DNA from: Pocillopora damicornis
Taxonomy: Eukaryota
Reading direction: 5' to 3'
NCBI RefSeq assembly: GCF_003704095.1
Contig: NW_020844173.1
Location: 248,001-312,000 of the forward strand
DNA: 64,000 nt
Within the stretch, counting starts at the first letter, position 1; each line of letters begins with the position of its first letter. Shown piece after piece: positions 1-13,400 of this stretch. Made by a program: the position numbers and the translations under genes. The notes under the pieces are model-generated. The model searched no databases. It was not told where the DNA came from and saw only the letters and a program-made list of their open reading frames with translations.

Positions 1-509
1 TGGTAATTCTAATGATTTAAAAGCAGACCAGACTTTGCAACAACTCTTCTTCAAAGTAAATATTCTCATTAAGTATAATCTAATTATTTTCTAAACTTTC
101 ATACCACCTTGAAAACATCTAACCCATAAAACATCTGTAGATTCAAAATTAGAAAAAAAACTTAAAAGTTTCACAATAGCTAAACATAACTAATTAAATT
201 AAAACAATCTTGTAAACAGACCTGTTTTAGGAGTTTTAACAGCTTGAGGAGTACTAACTGGCTTTTGAGAATTATCTGAAGCAAAATAGAAATTAAAAAC
301 TTTTTTGCATATCAGTAATTCTTATTTTTCAACTGTTTGTGGTTCGCATCCTTTTACATCTTCCTTGTTGGTGTATCCCCTCCAGTGTCTACCTACTCTC
401 GCAAACTCGTGGGCATCCTTACAATAAACGACAACTTTAACTTGACCATAAAATTTTGTGAGGCAACACTTTAAGGTCATGGAGATGCAATTGTCTGATA
501 GTTGGTATG

Positions 510-790
510 ATGGACTCCCAGGGTTAAAACATCCAGGTCATGGACTGAAACCTTGACTCTTGCATGCCCTTATTCACCCCCATGCCCAGGTGTGTAGATG
601 GGTACCAAAGACCTGTCAGAGAAGCCTGACAAAATGCTGGGGATGGGGCTGGGGCTGGGGAGGGGGGTAACCTACCATGAATGGGCATCTCATTTAGTGG
701 AAAAGAAATACTCCATGAGGCTTCATGTAACAGAGACCAGGATAAGCCCCAGTGAATTGTAGGCCATTTGGCCCAAATGAAAGTCTTACT
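510..790 (+). mobile_element. SINE-like interspersed repeat (degenerate copy)
   Basis: Shares the motif order 'cccaggtgt..atgggtacc...gggggtaacct...gcatc.cat...aatactcc...gcttcatg' with the copies near 12495-12720 and 37275-37425. Boundaries are approximate. Confidence 0.5.
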
Positions 791-1129
791 TATTAAACCC
801 TAATAAGGCTGTGACCCTGTACTTGCTCTGGCAGAGGTTTAAGCTGGACAAGACTCATTCAAGCACCTCCACCTCTATAGACACCTCAGTGCTTTAAGTG
901 CTTTTGCACATTTCAAATTTTCCAAAAACAGGAAATGCAAATAAGATGAACAGAAAAACCAAAAGATTATCTGCTTCCAAAAACAAGTTTGGATGAACTA
1001 CATGTACCTGTAGAACACTTAAATAATTTCTAAAGAAAAAAATGATAGCTTCATAACCAGTAACAAGAAATTAAGAAGAGAAATGTTTAGAAAAAAAAGA
1101 TTACTATGTGTCTCTGATAACATGCAAAC

Positions 1130-4100
1130 CTGCTGGAAATATTTGATTTAAAAAGGATAGTTTTGTACACAATTTTGTGCCCACCTTTTTTCTTGAGGAC
1201 CTCCAATATCCGGGAATAATTGACAAAGAAGCATTTCCTGTGTTTTTCAAGTATGTCCATGGATAAAACAAATTTAGGATGTTTTGTAACGTGACAACCA
1301 GCCAGTTCACTAATGCACATCCGCAGATTTTTCACCTCTCGGCAAATTGATGAAGAGTTCCGATTAAATTTTTGGTAGCATCTATTGACAAGATCCTCAC
1401 TACATACTTTTCTATGAACTGCAAAGAGAAGGAGAGTCATTAGAAGCATACTATTCCAGAAAACAGTTTAAATTGATGCCCCTTTGTACAAGTGTTATAA
1501 GTTGAAGGGGTCTACATCTATGTACAGTAATGATTCAATTTAGCACCCTCTTTCCAATAAGCACCTCCCTCAAATAATATTTGTTGGTAAACGCCCCCAT
1601 TGAGTAAGCACCTTCATTCCACTAAGCACCCCTACACTAATTATTGCCCCTATTTTGTTTCTGCAATAGCACTGTTAGAGTATATGTAAGCGTGGGTCCC
1701 TCTTGCTTTAATTACTTGCTTACAAGGTAAAAAAAAAGGGGTCTGTTACTGTTACTATTTCATATAACACTTGATCAAAAGCTGCACCAATGCAGTTAAA
1801 AAAGGCATACCTTTACTTGGTGGTAAACAGTCAGGAAAAGAATTTACTTTGTTCATAAGTGATTCATACTGGACTCTTATCCTGGCATGGCTTGGCCAAA
1901 TGTTATTAGCACAAGCTTTGAGACAAGACCGTAATTCCAAAATTTCCTGGCATGTCTTCAAGTTGTTCTCATTGAACTGATTCTGACAAACTGTTAACCA
2001 ATGTTCAGTGCAGTTGCTACTAGCATAAGATTCTGCCAAAAAATTAACAAGAATATCAGTAACTTGAAAGGATTAATGATTAAAAATTATTTGTGTTGAA
2101 TGATAAACATCCCTACCCCATAACACAACAGTTTTAAAAGTACAGATTATGTCTTCCAATACCTTATGAAGTGAAAATTTTTGCAACATATCTGTATTCA
2201 AACTCGTATTTAGTGATTCAACATTTGACTTGGAAAAGAACCTTTGGTTTGTTAGAATTTTTAAAAGAATTTACAACTTCTTTGGTGACAAAATCACTTT
2301 GATTGTTCCTGTATTTAGAGTCATTTCTTCATCCACTTTCCAGTGATTAATAATAGTAGTTGAACTGAGTGGGGTGCAAGTTGGTCTGAAACATATAAGT
2401 TATTTCAAAATTCAATGAGCGCACAGCTTAAGTTTCATTTAAAATCATACGTATGATTTCTGACTAAAATTGCACGACACAAAGTCCAGTTACCACTTTG
2501 TTACATCCACTTTTAAATCACAAAATTCAGTTGCTCAAATACAGGATTTTCTAGTCTGTACAAATATTTTAATGATCCAGTACTGAGCTGGTTTGTAAAA
2601 AGTTGCAAAATTTGATTTTCATTTCTCTCTTTCATGGACAGTAAGTTACTGTGTCTACTGACTCTGATGAAAAATTATTAGAAACGGACTGATTTACATT
2701 TCACACATACTATTTACATAGTTTCTTGTAATCGGGTTATGACTACTAGGCTTATCCCTTTGAGGATACATTAACAGAATAATTTTAAAATTAATTAATC
2801 CGCATTCTCGAAACATTGTATTTGTGAATACTGTAGGATGCGATCGGCATTTCACGCAAAATATTTGCATAGTTTTGTGAAAATAAGTGCCTCCATCATG
2901 TAAATGTTATATCAAAAGGAAACCGAAAAAATATTGCAATGAGCAGGGGGAGAGATCAGAACTACAATTGTTTGAAGAAGTGAAGTTTGAAGTGCAATTA
3001 GCCAGGAACTGAAGGACTGATAGATACAAAATTGTAAGTGTTGTTGTTTTTCCCTCACGCTAACAAATGTACACTATTGTAACTTTTTTCTTATAATTTT
3101 TGTAATTTCAGTTGATTAAATACATATATATGTGTGTGTGCCACCAGATCAGATATAGTGCGAATAAATTCTCATTTCCTAGATTCTCGTGGTTGATCTT
3201 CAATTCTGTGTCTCGCGCATAGGCACAGAGCATGGATGAAAATTAACATTAAAAAATAACGTTTCAACTGCTTGATGGTCATTTTCACTAACATTTTTAC
3301 TGACAAAAACTCAATAGAGTTTTAGCATTTTTACAATTGATTACATAAGCACATGATAAAAATTTTATCCTTCAACTAGAAAATGACGGTTGAGCAGTCA
3401 AAACGTACTTGCTTTTTAACCCTTTAAGGCTATTGTAACTTTTTTCTCATAATTTTTGTAATTTCAGTTGACTAAATACATATATGTGTGTGTGTGTGTG
3501 TGTGCCACCAGATCAGATATAGTGCAAATAAATTCTCATTTCCTTGATTCTTTTGGTTGATCATCAATACTACTTGTGTCTCGTGCATAGGCACAGAACA
3601 TGGATGAAAATTAACATTAAAAAACAACATTTCAACCGCTCGGTGGTCATTTTCACTAACATTTTTACTGACTAAAACTCAATAGAGTTTTAGCATTTTT
3701 ACAATTGATTACATAAGCGCATGATAAAAATTTTATCCTTCAACTAGAAAATGACAGTTGAGCAATCAAAACATCCTTGCTTTTTAACCCTTTAACTTTC
3801 AAAAGTGATTCACATGTAACTTTTCCCTATATTATCCATGCATTCTCCACCAAACAGGTAACAAGACCACCCAACCTTATCAAGTTGAAGGTATTATCTT
3901 GATCTAAAATTATTGCGACTTATTTGTGTAGCAGCTAGGAGGGAAAATCAACAATCTGACCTTAGGAGTTTAAGGATTAATAAGCATTGAAATCTGGCCT
4001 AGTCTCAAAGTCATATGGTGGACAATGTCCACTCAATACAAGAATAACATGCCACTCTAGTTACCTCGAATGTAGGGAGAATTAAAGGTTGAGGCAACAA

Positions 4101-5708
4101 TTTTCTGAATAGCTACCTCTCCTTTACTTTTTGGGTGAAACTTAACTTTGGTTGCTCTTTAAATTAAATAATTGAAATATAACAATTTTCACACCACCAA
4201 GGATAGCGGCTGTTGTCAAATATTCCCCTCAACTATCTCTTGAGCAATATTCTGCAATATTCACTTCACCAAAGGAAAATAATTCTTCATAGCTTTGAAA
4301 TTACCCAAAGCTGTTTCGAAGCTGGGCAATAAATGAGTAGGTGCTTCAAGAGGGTCATGTACCCCCTATGAACAACAGGAAATTGCCCAAAGGCTTAAAA
4401 TTAACTTGTGGGCAGGAAATTTATTGTCAAAATTTACACTATAAGGGATATTGCACGAAAGCGCAAAATCACGGTAAGTATGGTTCTCACTTATTTCGCT
4501 GCATGATACAAAACCGAATATCGAGAATCTGACCTCATTTAGCTGTTTTCAAGTGTCAGTTTTCTACGAACGTATCTCATTTAATGATGAAGGAGAGTAT
4601 TAATTTGATGTAAATTGCTGCTCATGATAACAAAACCAGAAGCTTGGCGAAATACTTGAAATAGGAGATGACCCCAGGCAATATTGCCGAGCAAAAGGCA
4701 AATTACCACGACACGAACAAGTTTTACCACAAGTAAATGTTATCTTTGAATTAATCAAGGCAGAGCATATTTGCCTGAAATAATCCTTTTAATCAAGGAA
4801 GCCTAAGAGGAGGATTTTGAGTTCAGCGTACCTTTTTGGCACTAGTAGTTTAGAGAAACTTGACCCGACAAAGCACTTGATAAAAATAAACGAGAAAAGA
4901 ACAAGTATTGTCAACACAACATTGTGACATTTTTTTTCTTTTTTTTGCCTTAACTGGATTATACTAAGATTTACAAATGCGCGATATCAAAATTGAAGCT
5001 GAAATCAAAGTTCACTGATGAAAAAAATTCGGAAACCAAAATATTAGAATACGATTCGAACCCTATAGCAAAAGATTGACACAAAATAGTGGAAGACGGA
5101 TGATTTGATGTTAACAACAAGGCCTCGTAAAAACCAAACACAGTAATCAATGCGCGTTGTTTCGACTAGTATAATTGGGAACATTACAAGATTCTTCGGT
5201 TGCGTCAAAGTGGAAGCGTCAGGCGAGCCCTCTCTGAGCAAAAGCTTGAATTTCCCACTACTGAAATTTGCATGCACGCAACCACTGTCAATACCTTTCT
5301 GGAACAGACCCAAAGGTGAGTGAAATGCAAGACTCGTTGACTTAATAACGATCTGCATGTTTGCCTAGACAAACTCACCTCTCAAGTAAACAATTCACAT
5401 TTCCATCAGAAGCACAAAGCACTGAAATAGTAAAGAGCTTCATGCTTCACTCAAGTCAATGTAAAATCGACGATTAGCCGCGACGAAGATCAGTTCCTAT
5501 TTTAGTTCACGTTGCTGACTGATCAGCGAAGCAGAACCATAGAAGCTTTTAATCTTTAAAGAAGCTAAAAACAAAATCTAACTTCTAAGGTCATCTTCAA
5601 AGTTTAATGTTTTACTGAGAGCCATTTCCGTTGCCTTAACTTACCTTGTGGAGACATAACAAGCAGGAAAATCAATAAGACGAAGCCATATCCCCCCAAG
5701 TTGTCCAT
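1130..5708 (-). CDS. Putative secreted cysteine-rich repeat protein (multi-exon, partial model)
   Basis: Exon 5708-5645 encodes MDNLGGYGFVLLIFLLVMSPQ (signal-peptide-like) and ends at a G|GTAAG donor. Exons 2032-1811 (ESYASSNCTEHW...PPSK) and 1418-1130 (VHRKVCSEDL...ISS) have CAG acceptors, GT donors and compatible phase-1 junctions. An extra exon at 5421-5379 and a short terminal exon at 1007-998 are possible but uncertain. Confidence 0.6.
2356..2640. repeat. Interspersed repeat family with internally palindromic head (MITE-like)
   Basis: 'gaactgagtgg.gtgca.tt.ggtctgaaa...gtatgatttc.gac.aaaattgcacgacac' recurs at about 36407-36865, with partial or variant copies at about 9750-9935 and 14130-14430. 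Confidence 0.6.
3074..3795. repeat. Tandem duplication of a ~355-bp unit containing a (TG)n microsatellite
   Basis: 3074-3427 and 3430-3795 are near-identical (ctattgtaactttttt...tttttaaccctttaa). The TG tract is longer in the second copy. Confidence 0.95.
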
Positions 5709-5794
5709 GTTTCGTGTTGCATATCTGCAAACAACAAACCCCACTGTCGGTTTTTGTCAATGTGTCCTATTATGGAAATTGACTCAAAGGAAAG

Positions 5795-6760
5795 CACAGT
5801 GATTGGCTGGCGAGGAAGAACAGATGTCACTTTCTTTACAACGTTTGGCGGCTAAATGATTACAGGTCATTCGTGAGCGAAATAAGAGAAAATTGGCGCT
5901 ATTGTAATAGAACCAATCGTAAATAAGGCTATTTTTTTTCGTCGGGAACAACAAAGGATTTCGTTAAATTAGAGTTAAGATGTCGAGAAAGAATGCTTTT
6001 TATCCATCGCGTCCAGGGAAATGAATGACTTCTTACAATGCCGACTCATTAGCATGCAAAGCACAACTTTGCCAAATACTCAAACAAAGGTGGTTTTGAG
6101 GCTTTTGTAAGAAATTTCTAGTACCGGTAGCGAAGCGATGCTTTCACAAAATGGTGCGGTATCTGTTTTCCTTTACTTGATATCCGAGAAAAGCACTCGC
6201 TCTCTGTTTTTCTTTCTTTCCAAACTTCCATTTAGAACAACGTTTGAAATGAGACCTTCGAGGTGCTTCATAATTGATTTAAAAAGCTTTTTTTTTCCAG
6301 TCATTTAATGACTTCAGAAGAACAGATGATAATTCTATAATAGCACTGGCTGACTTCCTCGAATTTAATCGTATTGTATTTCTTTCCTTGAGTTGCCACC
6401 CTCAAACTTTCTGTATTCTGTTTTCCGACTGGAAAGAAAATAAATTAAACTTACTTGTAAAGATGTGGCCCGACATGGCAAGGCTATTTTTAATATGGCA
6501 ACCCAAATTTAGGGGTAGACGTGAAAATATTTGTTATTTTATCCTGTTTGTTTTAGGAGTGTCTGAGAATGGTTTTGAATCATGGGCCTAAAAGGTGTTG
6601 TTATGCCTGTTAAAAGGTAGGCTATTGAATTTATTCAGCTTTCTGGTATACAAGTGTCATATTTCCATGTTTCGTTTCTTTTTCCAATCAATAGCATCCA
6701 GAGTTCCTTGCGCCGTTTGCGGGAAGTTCAAATTTCTAAACAACCAATCAGATCATCGGA
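5795..6760. promoter_or_regulatory. Divergent promoter region with CCAAT boxes and a CHR-like element
   Basis: Lies between the minus-strand ATG at 5708 and the probable kinesin 5' UTR exon (donor GTGAGT near 6906). ATTGG/CCAAT boxes near 5802, 5913 and 6744; TTCAAA (reverse of TTTGAA) at 6727-6732. Confidence 0.45.
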
Positions 6761-7487
6761 CTTTCGGTTGCAATCTGCAACGTATTGATGGAAGAGTAGA
6801 TCGAACACAAAATAACGTGTTATTTACCGATCGCCTCTGTTTTTTTTGCTTCAGCTTTATTATTGGTTTTTGCTAGTGACAGTCTGATTTCTACAGTTTG
6901 TTTTGGTGAGTATTTTGAGATAATGCGCGCTATAATTCAGCTTAACGGTTTCCATAATCTTCGAAGATGTCTACGTACTTAAAGATACCATTAATTCTTT
7001 TTAAACTACGAGGTAATGTAGAAAAAGTAAGCGTACTGTTTTAGAATCTGTGAAATTCACAAACCTCGTGCGCCGCAGAAGCTTTTCTCTAAGGTCACCT
7101 ATGCATTCGAAAACTTCGTACTTCAAACAGATCGATGGTTTAGTGGAATTGATTCGGCGAAACTTCTGTTATATGCATATTTTTTTATAATTTTCAATTG
7201 AATATTGTAGCGTACTGATATGGTAAGCTTAGCATTTTTAGCATCAGTTATTCTTATAAAATACCTTACCCTGTGACGAAAACAACCAATGCAAATTTTG
7301 ACTTTTTACCGGTTAAGAACGACCAGAGAAAGAGAATGAATTGACCAGCCTTAACATATATTTTCAAAAGCTTAAAAGGCAAGGTTAAAAACCAATGCGA
7401 TTGAATTGATTTACCATGAACCTTTAATACTTCTGCAGATATTAAATATTTTTATAACCGCTGGTTCCAGTTCAAGAAGGACTAAAA

Positions 7488-10400
7488 ATGGATCCTACAG
7501 AAGTCCAAGTGGTAAGTCAACAACTGTATTGGCTTGTAATCATTTATATAACAGTGCGTGAAGAGACACTGTAAGTCAGGGTAAAATATCTGGCCTAAGA
7601 ACACAGCTAAATGAAGCAAGGGAGTTCCAAACCCAGACCCTCTGATTGTCAGATGATAAGCTCCCACTGCTATGCAAGTCAATCTTATAGTGACAAGCAT
7701 AATTTACCAATACTGATGTACAGAGTAGTTGTTGATAACTAACAATTCAAAAACTTCATTGTGTATACTACTGACAGTACTGTATTTAAAGTTTGATGAC
7801 TGACAGTACTGTATTTAAAGTTTGATGATAGTAAGGAGAGAAGCTGATGGGGGGAGGGAAGGGTGACCTCGTTTCATGGACAAGATGCAAAATTTATGTG
7901 TCACATGTACTTTAGATAGTATTCAATACATCATATAAACTTCAAATTTCACCTTACCTTGTAGGATGAATAATAAAATTTACACATTAATTTTGGGTTT
8001 AACCACTGATCATGCGGAAAAAAAACCTTTGACACCCTCAGTAATCTTTTTTTTTCCTTCTAGCGTTCTCCATTATCAACTCAAGATCAAAATATAATGG
8101 CTAACAAACAAATTGGCAAACCTCAATTTGTCAGCAAACTGAGGCCTCCATCAGCTGTTAAGAGGCCTCGTGAACAAGCTTTCACTAAAGGAGTACCACC
8201 AAACTGTGAAGTATGTATTGATGATAATGATGTTGTGCAACATGAAAATTCTGTAGGTTTTAACTTTTGGGGATTGTTTATGATCTGGGGAAATAAATTA
8301 CTTTTAGAAAAATCTTGCAATAGAAAATGAAGTGAAAAATGTTCCTTTTTCTGTCCATTTCACGACTCCAGTGAGGTAGGCTGTGGGTGGGGTTAAGCTT
8401 TTCGTCATTGTGTCACTTTTTTGTGTAATAAGGCATGAGATTTGCCTCAAACTCACCAAGTACAGTAGAATCCTGCTAACTCAAACTCCTAAGAGATACA
8501 AAAAATTGTTCAAGTTAGCAGTGTTTTGAGACAGCTGATAGTGCATGACTAAAAATGAGATCAAGGGAAATCAGATCTTCATTGAGTAACTAGGCGTTTC
8601 AGTTAACCAAATTTAAGTTAGCAGGGTTCTACTGGTAATAAAAGTTGTTACTTTATGAAATTAGGTTCCAAGCATGATTTTAAGTTGTCTTGAACTGCAA
8701 AGAGTTCTTCTCAAAGAATGCAAAAAATGATAAAAACTTTTGTAAATTCACTTGCCACAAGTTAATGGGTTTACTTTCAATTCTGAATTTTTACTGAAGA
8801 CAGGTTGTAGTTTTTTTTTTTTTTTTAACTATGATGGGTATCTGCTGGAAAGATAATTCATTGTGATCTTTTTTATATAAATTATCTGTTTACAATTAGA
8901 GTAGTTGGTAGTGTAAATCAATTGTGTTTTCATTTCCCAGATATAGTTGCTAAACTGAGTTCCATGAGGCAATGATTCTTAACGGAAAAAAAAATTTAGT
9001 GGCATCAACACGCAATTTTGTTTTTAACTCCTTTGTAAAATTTATGATTTGATCACAGCCTGCATCCAAAATGAAGAAATCGTCATCACAAACCTCTTTA
9101 AAGTCTGCACCACAGGACAAAACAGTAACAACAAAATCTACAGTTTCGTCAACTTTAAGGAGGCAAACCTCAGCCAGCACTGTAAGACGAGGTACTTCCA
9201 CTCAGGCACGACCAGCCGCTGCGAATCTTTCTGCTGTTACCAAAAGACAAACAATAGCAACAGCAGCTGCAAATGTAAATAAAAATGCCAGTTCAAAGGG
9301 TTCTGCCACAGATTCATTGATGGGAGCAAAAGGTTAGTAAAGAAAAGAAAGATCTTGAAGATGTGCATTCAGATTACAGATGATCACTAGTGATTTGAAA
9401 ATGGATGTTATAAATTCATAAATCATGCTATTTTTTTTTCCAAAGCGCATCTTTTCCCCTAGCTGATTAGAGAGCTAAACTAAACAAAAAACTTAATCAG
9501 ATTTCAAGGAATGTTTAAAGTAGCCATCAAATTGCAGGAAAATGAAAGACAAAGATGCCTTTGTGCAGCAAGTTTGCAACTTTTGTCCCCAAAATGTTTA
9601 CTTTTTTTCCAAGAAAATGTATGAGTAGCATCAGTTTTCTACAATTTTAGAATAATGGCAATGATGAGATCCTTCAGGCTGAATACCAACATTTTTGGGC
9701 TGTTAAATCTTAAGTTACAGTTTTAAAATGAATGCATTCATTAAAAGTGGTCATTGAACTTCTTGTCTGAGAAATTTTGATCTGAAATCAAATCAAATTG
9801 CACTACATGCTTGTTTGATCTTTAAATCACACAATATAATTCCAGAGCAAATTGCATGCCAGTTGGTTCAATTACCATCATAAATCACACTTTAGAGAGC
9901 CAATCAGATTGCAAGGATTACCAGCCATTTCAAATACTTCATATGCAATAAGAGAATTCTGATGTAAATGCCCAAATCACTTTTTTACTTTTTTCTCACT
10001 TCCTTTTTATTTTCAGGAAAGAAAAGGCCTGCATGGGACTATAAAGGAAGACTGGAGGATATGGAAGGGTTGATGGCAAAATCCAAGTCCTTCATGGAAA
10101 ACATGACAAAGACTATTGGAGATAATCAGGATAGGATAGGTTTTCTGGAATCTTTAAACAAACAACTGGAGGGTACTGTGCAAGTTAAACATCAACAAAC
10201 TGAAGAGGTTAGATCATTTGTATCTTTCCCTCCCTCTGGCTTTCCTTATTTTTTTCTTTGCTTACTTCCTTTCATTAGGCCATGACTCTCTTACTTATTG
10301 GCTTTGCCACTCAATTCTTGTTTGCTTGTATGCTTTGTTATCTTCCATCCTTTTGTCATTATTCTTGTCTCCTTCCCTGCCTTTTCTTTCTTGCTTGCCA

Positions 10401-13400
10401 ATGCCTGATTTCTGGCTTTCTTATTTCCCATCAGTCTCCTGAGATGCCATCTTGTAAAACCTTTCCTACACACTTGCATTTTACTTTTCTCTCTGGCTTT
10501 AAATACATTTCTCTTTACTCATTTATTTTAATACTAACAATAACTGGGCTGCCCGAGAGGGGAGGGGGGTTGAATATCCAGACTGGGAAATTATCAGAGC
10601 AGGGTTTTATCAAAGAAGTGTGATTGAAAACTTAAAGAGAGCCAAAAAAATTGGTTTTTTTTTCTTTTCCCTTTTTGAGTTGTTAGCTAGAATTATTGAG
10701 TACCACATACAGTACGCATTTCTTAGGTTGAAAACGGAAACAAATACAGGCTTATACTCCACAGTTTTTGTCTTAAGGAAGGAGGGCCCAATAGAAATGC
10801 GCTGGATTTTATTAAAAACTTCAAGCTTTGGACAGAGGCTCCATGTAAGGAGAGAAAGAGTCGTTTAAAGCGTGTGCGGTACTCAAATTTTGAATTAATC
10901 CCATGAATTTTCAGGCCTCAGCCAAAATACAGGATCTTCAGATAAAACTAACAAGCGCTGAGGAGGAGGTAAGGTCTCTTCAGTTGAAGCACGAGTTTGA
11001 GATAGAAGTGGAGAAAAATGCCAAAAAATGCCTACAGCGGGAGAAAGACGGTTTAGAAAACGATCTTCACATTTCCAAGCAAGAGATCATAGCCTTAAAG
11101 TCGACTGTAGCTAAAATGACAGCAGATTCACTCGGAATAAGCACGGAACTACAGGCTACCAAGGTAAGTTTGGTCTAATTCCTGTTTACAGGAGGTGCCG
11201 TTCTGGAGTTTTTGCCCCTCCCAACTCTTCCTCTTCTTAAATCCTCCCTAATCGCAGCGACCACTAAGACCAAAGATCAATATCACCAAGGGCCAATGAG
11301 AGCTCAGCTTACTGCCCGAAGCGCGGGAAAATGTAATTGACGAAGTCGTGATTGGCTGAGGTGTTGATAATGTTACTGGTTAAGAAAGTGGTGCGAGTTT
11401 CTGACCAATCACAGAGCGAAGTTAAGCAAAACGAAGGCAATCCCAGATAACCTTCGACATTCAGTTGAAAATTCCTCTTCTATACCCGATTGGAACCTTT
11501 CTTTAAAATTAGTAGAGAAAACAAAAGCTTAAAAGGCCTAAATATCATTTAAGATGACATCAGTGCGAAAACGAAAAGACAAGCAAGGAACTTTGTGATA
11601 TAATATAACATAAATAGCCTAACTTCTTTTTGAATCTAAAAAATTAATTATGGCTAGTCAGAAGACTGGGTTTTCGCGCGGTTTCCGTGTTTTCTTATTT
11701 TGGTCATTTACCAAAACTAAGTACAAAGATAAAACAAAGTATGATAAGAATTTGCAGTTTATCACAAGCTGAGGTATCAAAAGACGAGGGAGTGAAACGG
11801 TAATATAAACTTGAAAACTTAAGAGTAAACTCTGTTTAATTAACTCGATAATTTCCTGTGGGGAAGCGTCGACGTGAATCTCCTCCGTCAAGGAGTTTTT
11901 TTTTACCTTCACCTTTCGTTGTCTACCGAATAAGAATTTTCGTGCGTAAATGCAGCAGCAAATCAGATCCGCCTTACACTCTAGCAAAGATTTTTCTTTG
12001 ACGTGTTTCAATTTTTTTTCTTCCTTCTTCTAAGCTGGAACAGTTGAAATATCTCTGTTGACGTTTTTTTCTTAAGGTTAATCTCGAAAAAACGATCGCC
12101 GAGAGCCAACAGAAAAGCGACATCATCGCAAAACTCGAAGACACCATAAGAGGACTTCAAGACAACATGGCGGCTCTAGAATCTAAACTGCGCTCTGAGG
12201 AAACCATAAGGCGCGAACTTCACAACACCATCCAAGAGCTGAAGGGTAACATACGGGTATTCTGTCGGGTACGGCCCATGCTGGCATCAGAAGAGAGTCA
12301 GCGATCGTGTGCGTTTTCTTTTGGGCAAGACGAGAGAGAACTGGTGGTGGAATCCACGTCACTGAATGAGGTAAGGTTTGTGATCTTAACCTTAGTGTGA
12401 ATCCTCTGTGACTACTCTACTTGGCAACCAACTATCTGACTATGACATTCAGTTCTCCATCGATTTGCGTCTGGTCGGTTCATTTTGTTTTAAGGGAAAG
12501 ACACGTTACTTTCGCGGTACCTCCCTCTCCACTCAGTTACAAATGAGTACTGGCGAACTGTCAGTTAAGTCTGACGAATTTTTGGGGGGGGAGGGGGGAG
12601 TTAATCTGCATTGGTCTGGCAACCCATCCATGGGGAGGAGTTGCAATACACTTAGTCGCTCCAAGCCACAAAGACCGGAAAAAACCCGGACCACTAAGCT
12701 CGAGTGTACGTTTGACTGCAAAATGCAAGGAGAATTACCTCCAACAGACAAGTAGGTCTGTTAGATCAAGATGTTAGCCTTAGCAACTTCCACCTGATGA
12801 GTTAGAGTATTCTCACAGCCTGTTTGTTACATAATATGTGGAAAGTGTTGGGAGAAGTTACAAGTTAATCACTTAAAGTTAAAGGGTAATGGAACACTCT
12901 TAGTCGCATAGTGCTTCAGAAACCGGCAACATACAGCCACTGGTGAAGGCTTTTTTATGTGTCATACAATGAAAAATATATTCAAGTTCCCTATGGTTCA
13001 GCATTCCATAACTTTGTTAAATGATTTTAAAAAAAAAAACCTACCAGTATTCTCTTTGACCCACTCGTTTTAAAAAGAAAAATTTATTTCTCTTTTTGTC
13101 TTTGTAATGGTGCCTGTTGATTTCCTTCGTAGACTATTTGCGGGAATAAGAAAGCCGCACCCAAACATGAATTCATGTTCGACAAAGTGTTTACGCCTTC
13201 TTCAAGCCAAGGAGATGTCTTTGGTGAAATCTCGCAGTTGATTCAGTCAGCCCTGGACGGTTACAATGTGTGTATATTTGCTTATGGACAAACGGGCTCA
13301 GGAAAAACTTTCACCATGGAGGGAAACCACGGAGATCATGAGGCAAAGGGAATGATCCCACGGGCCTTGGAACAAGTGTTTCGGACATCCCAAGACCTCA

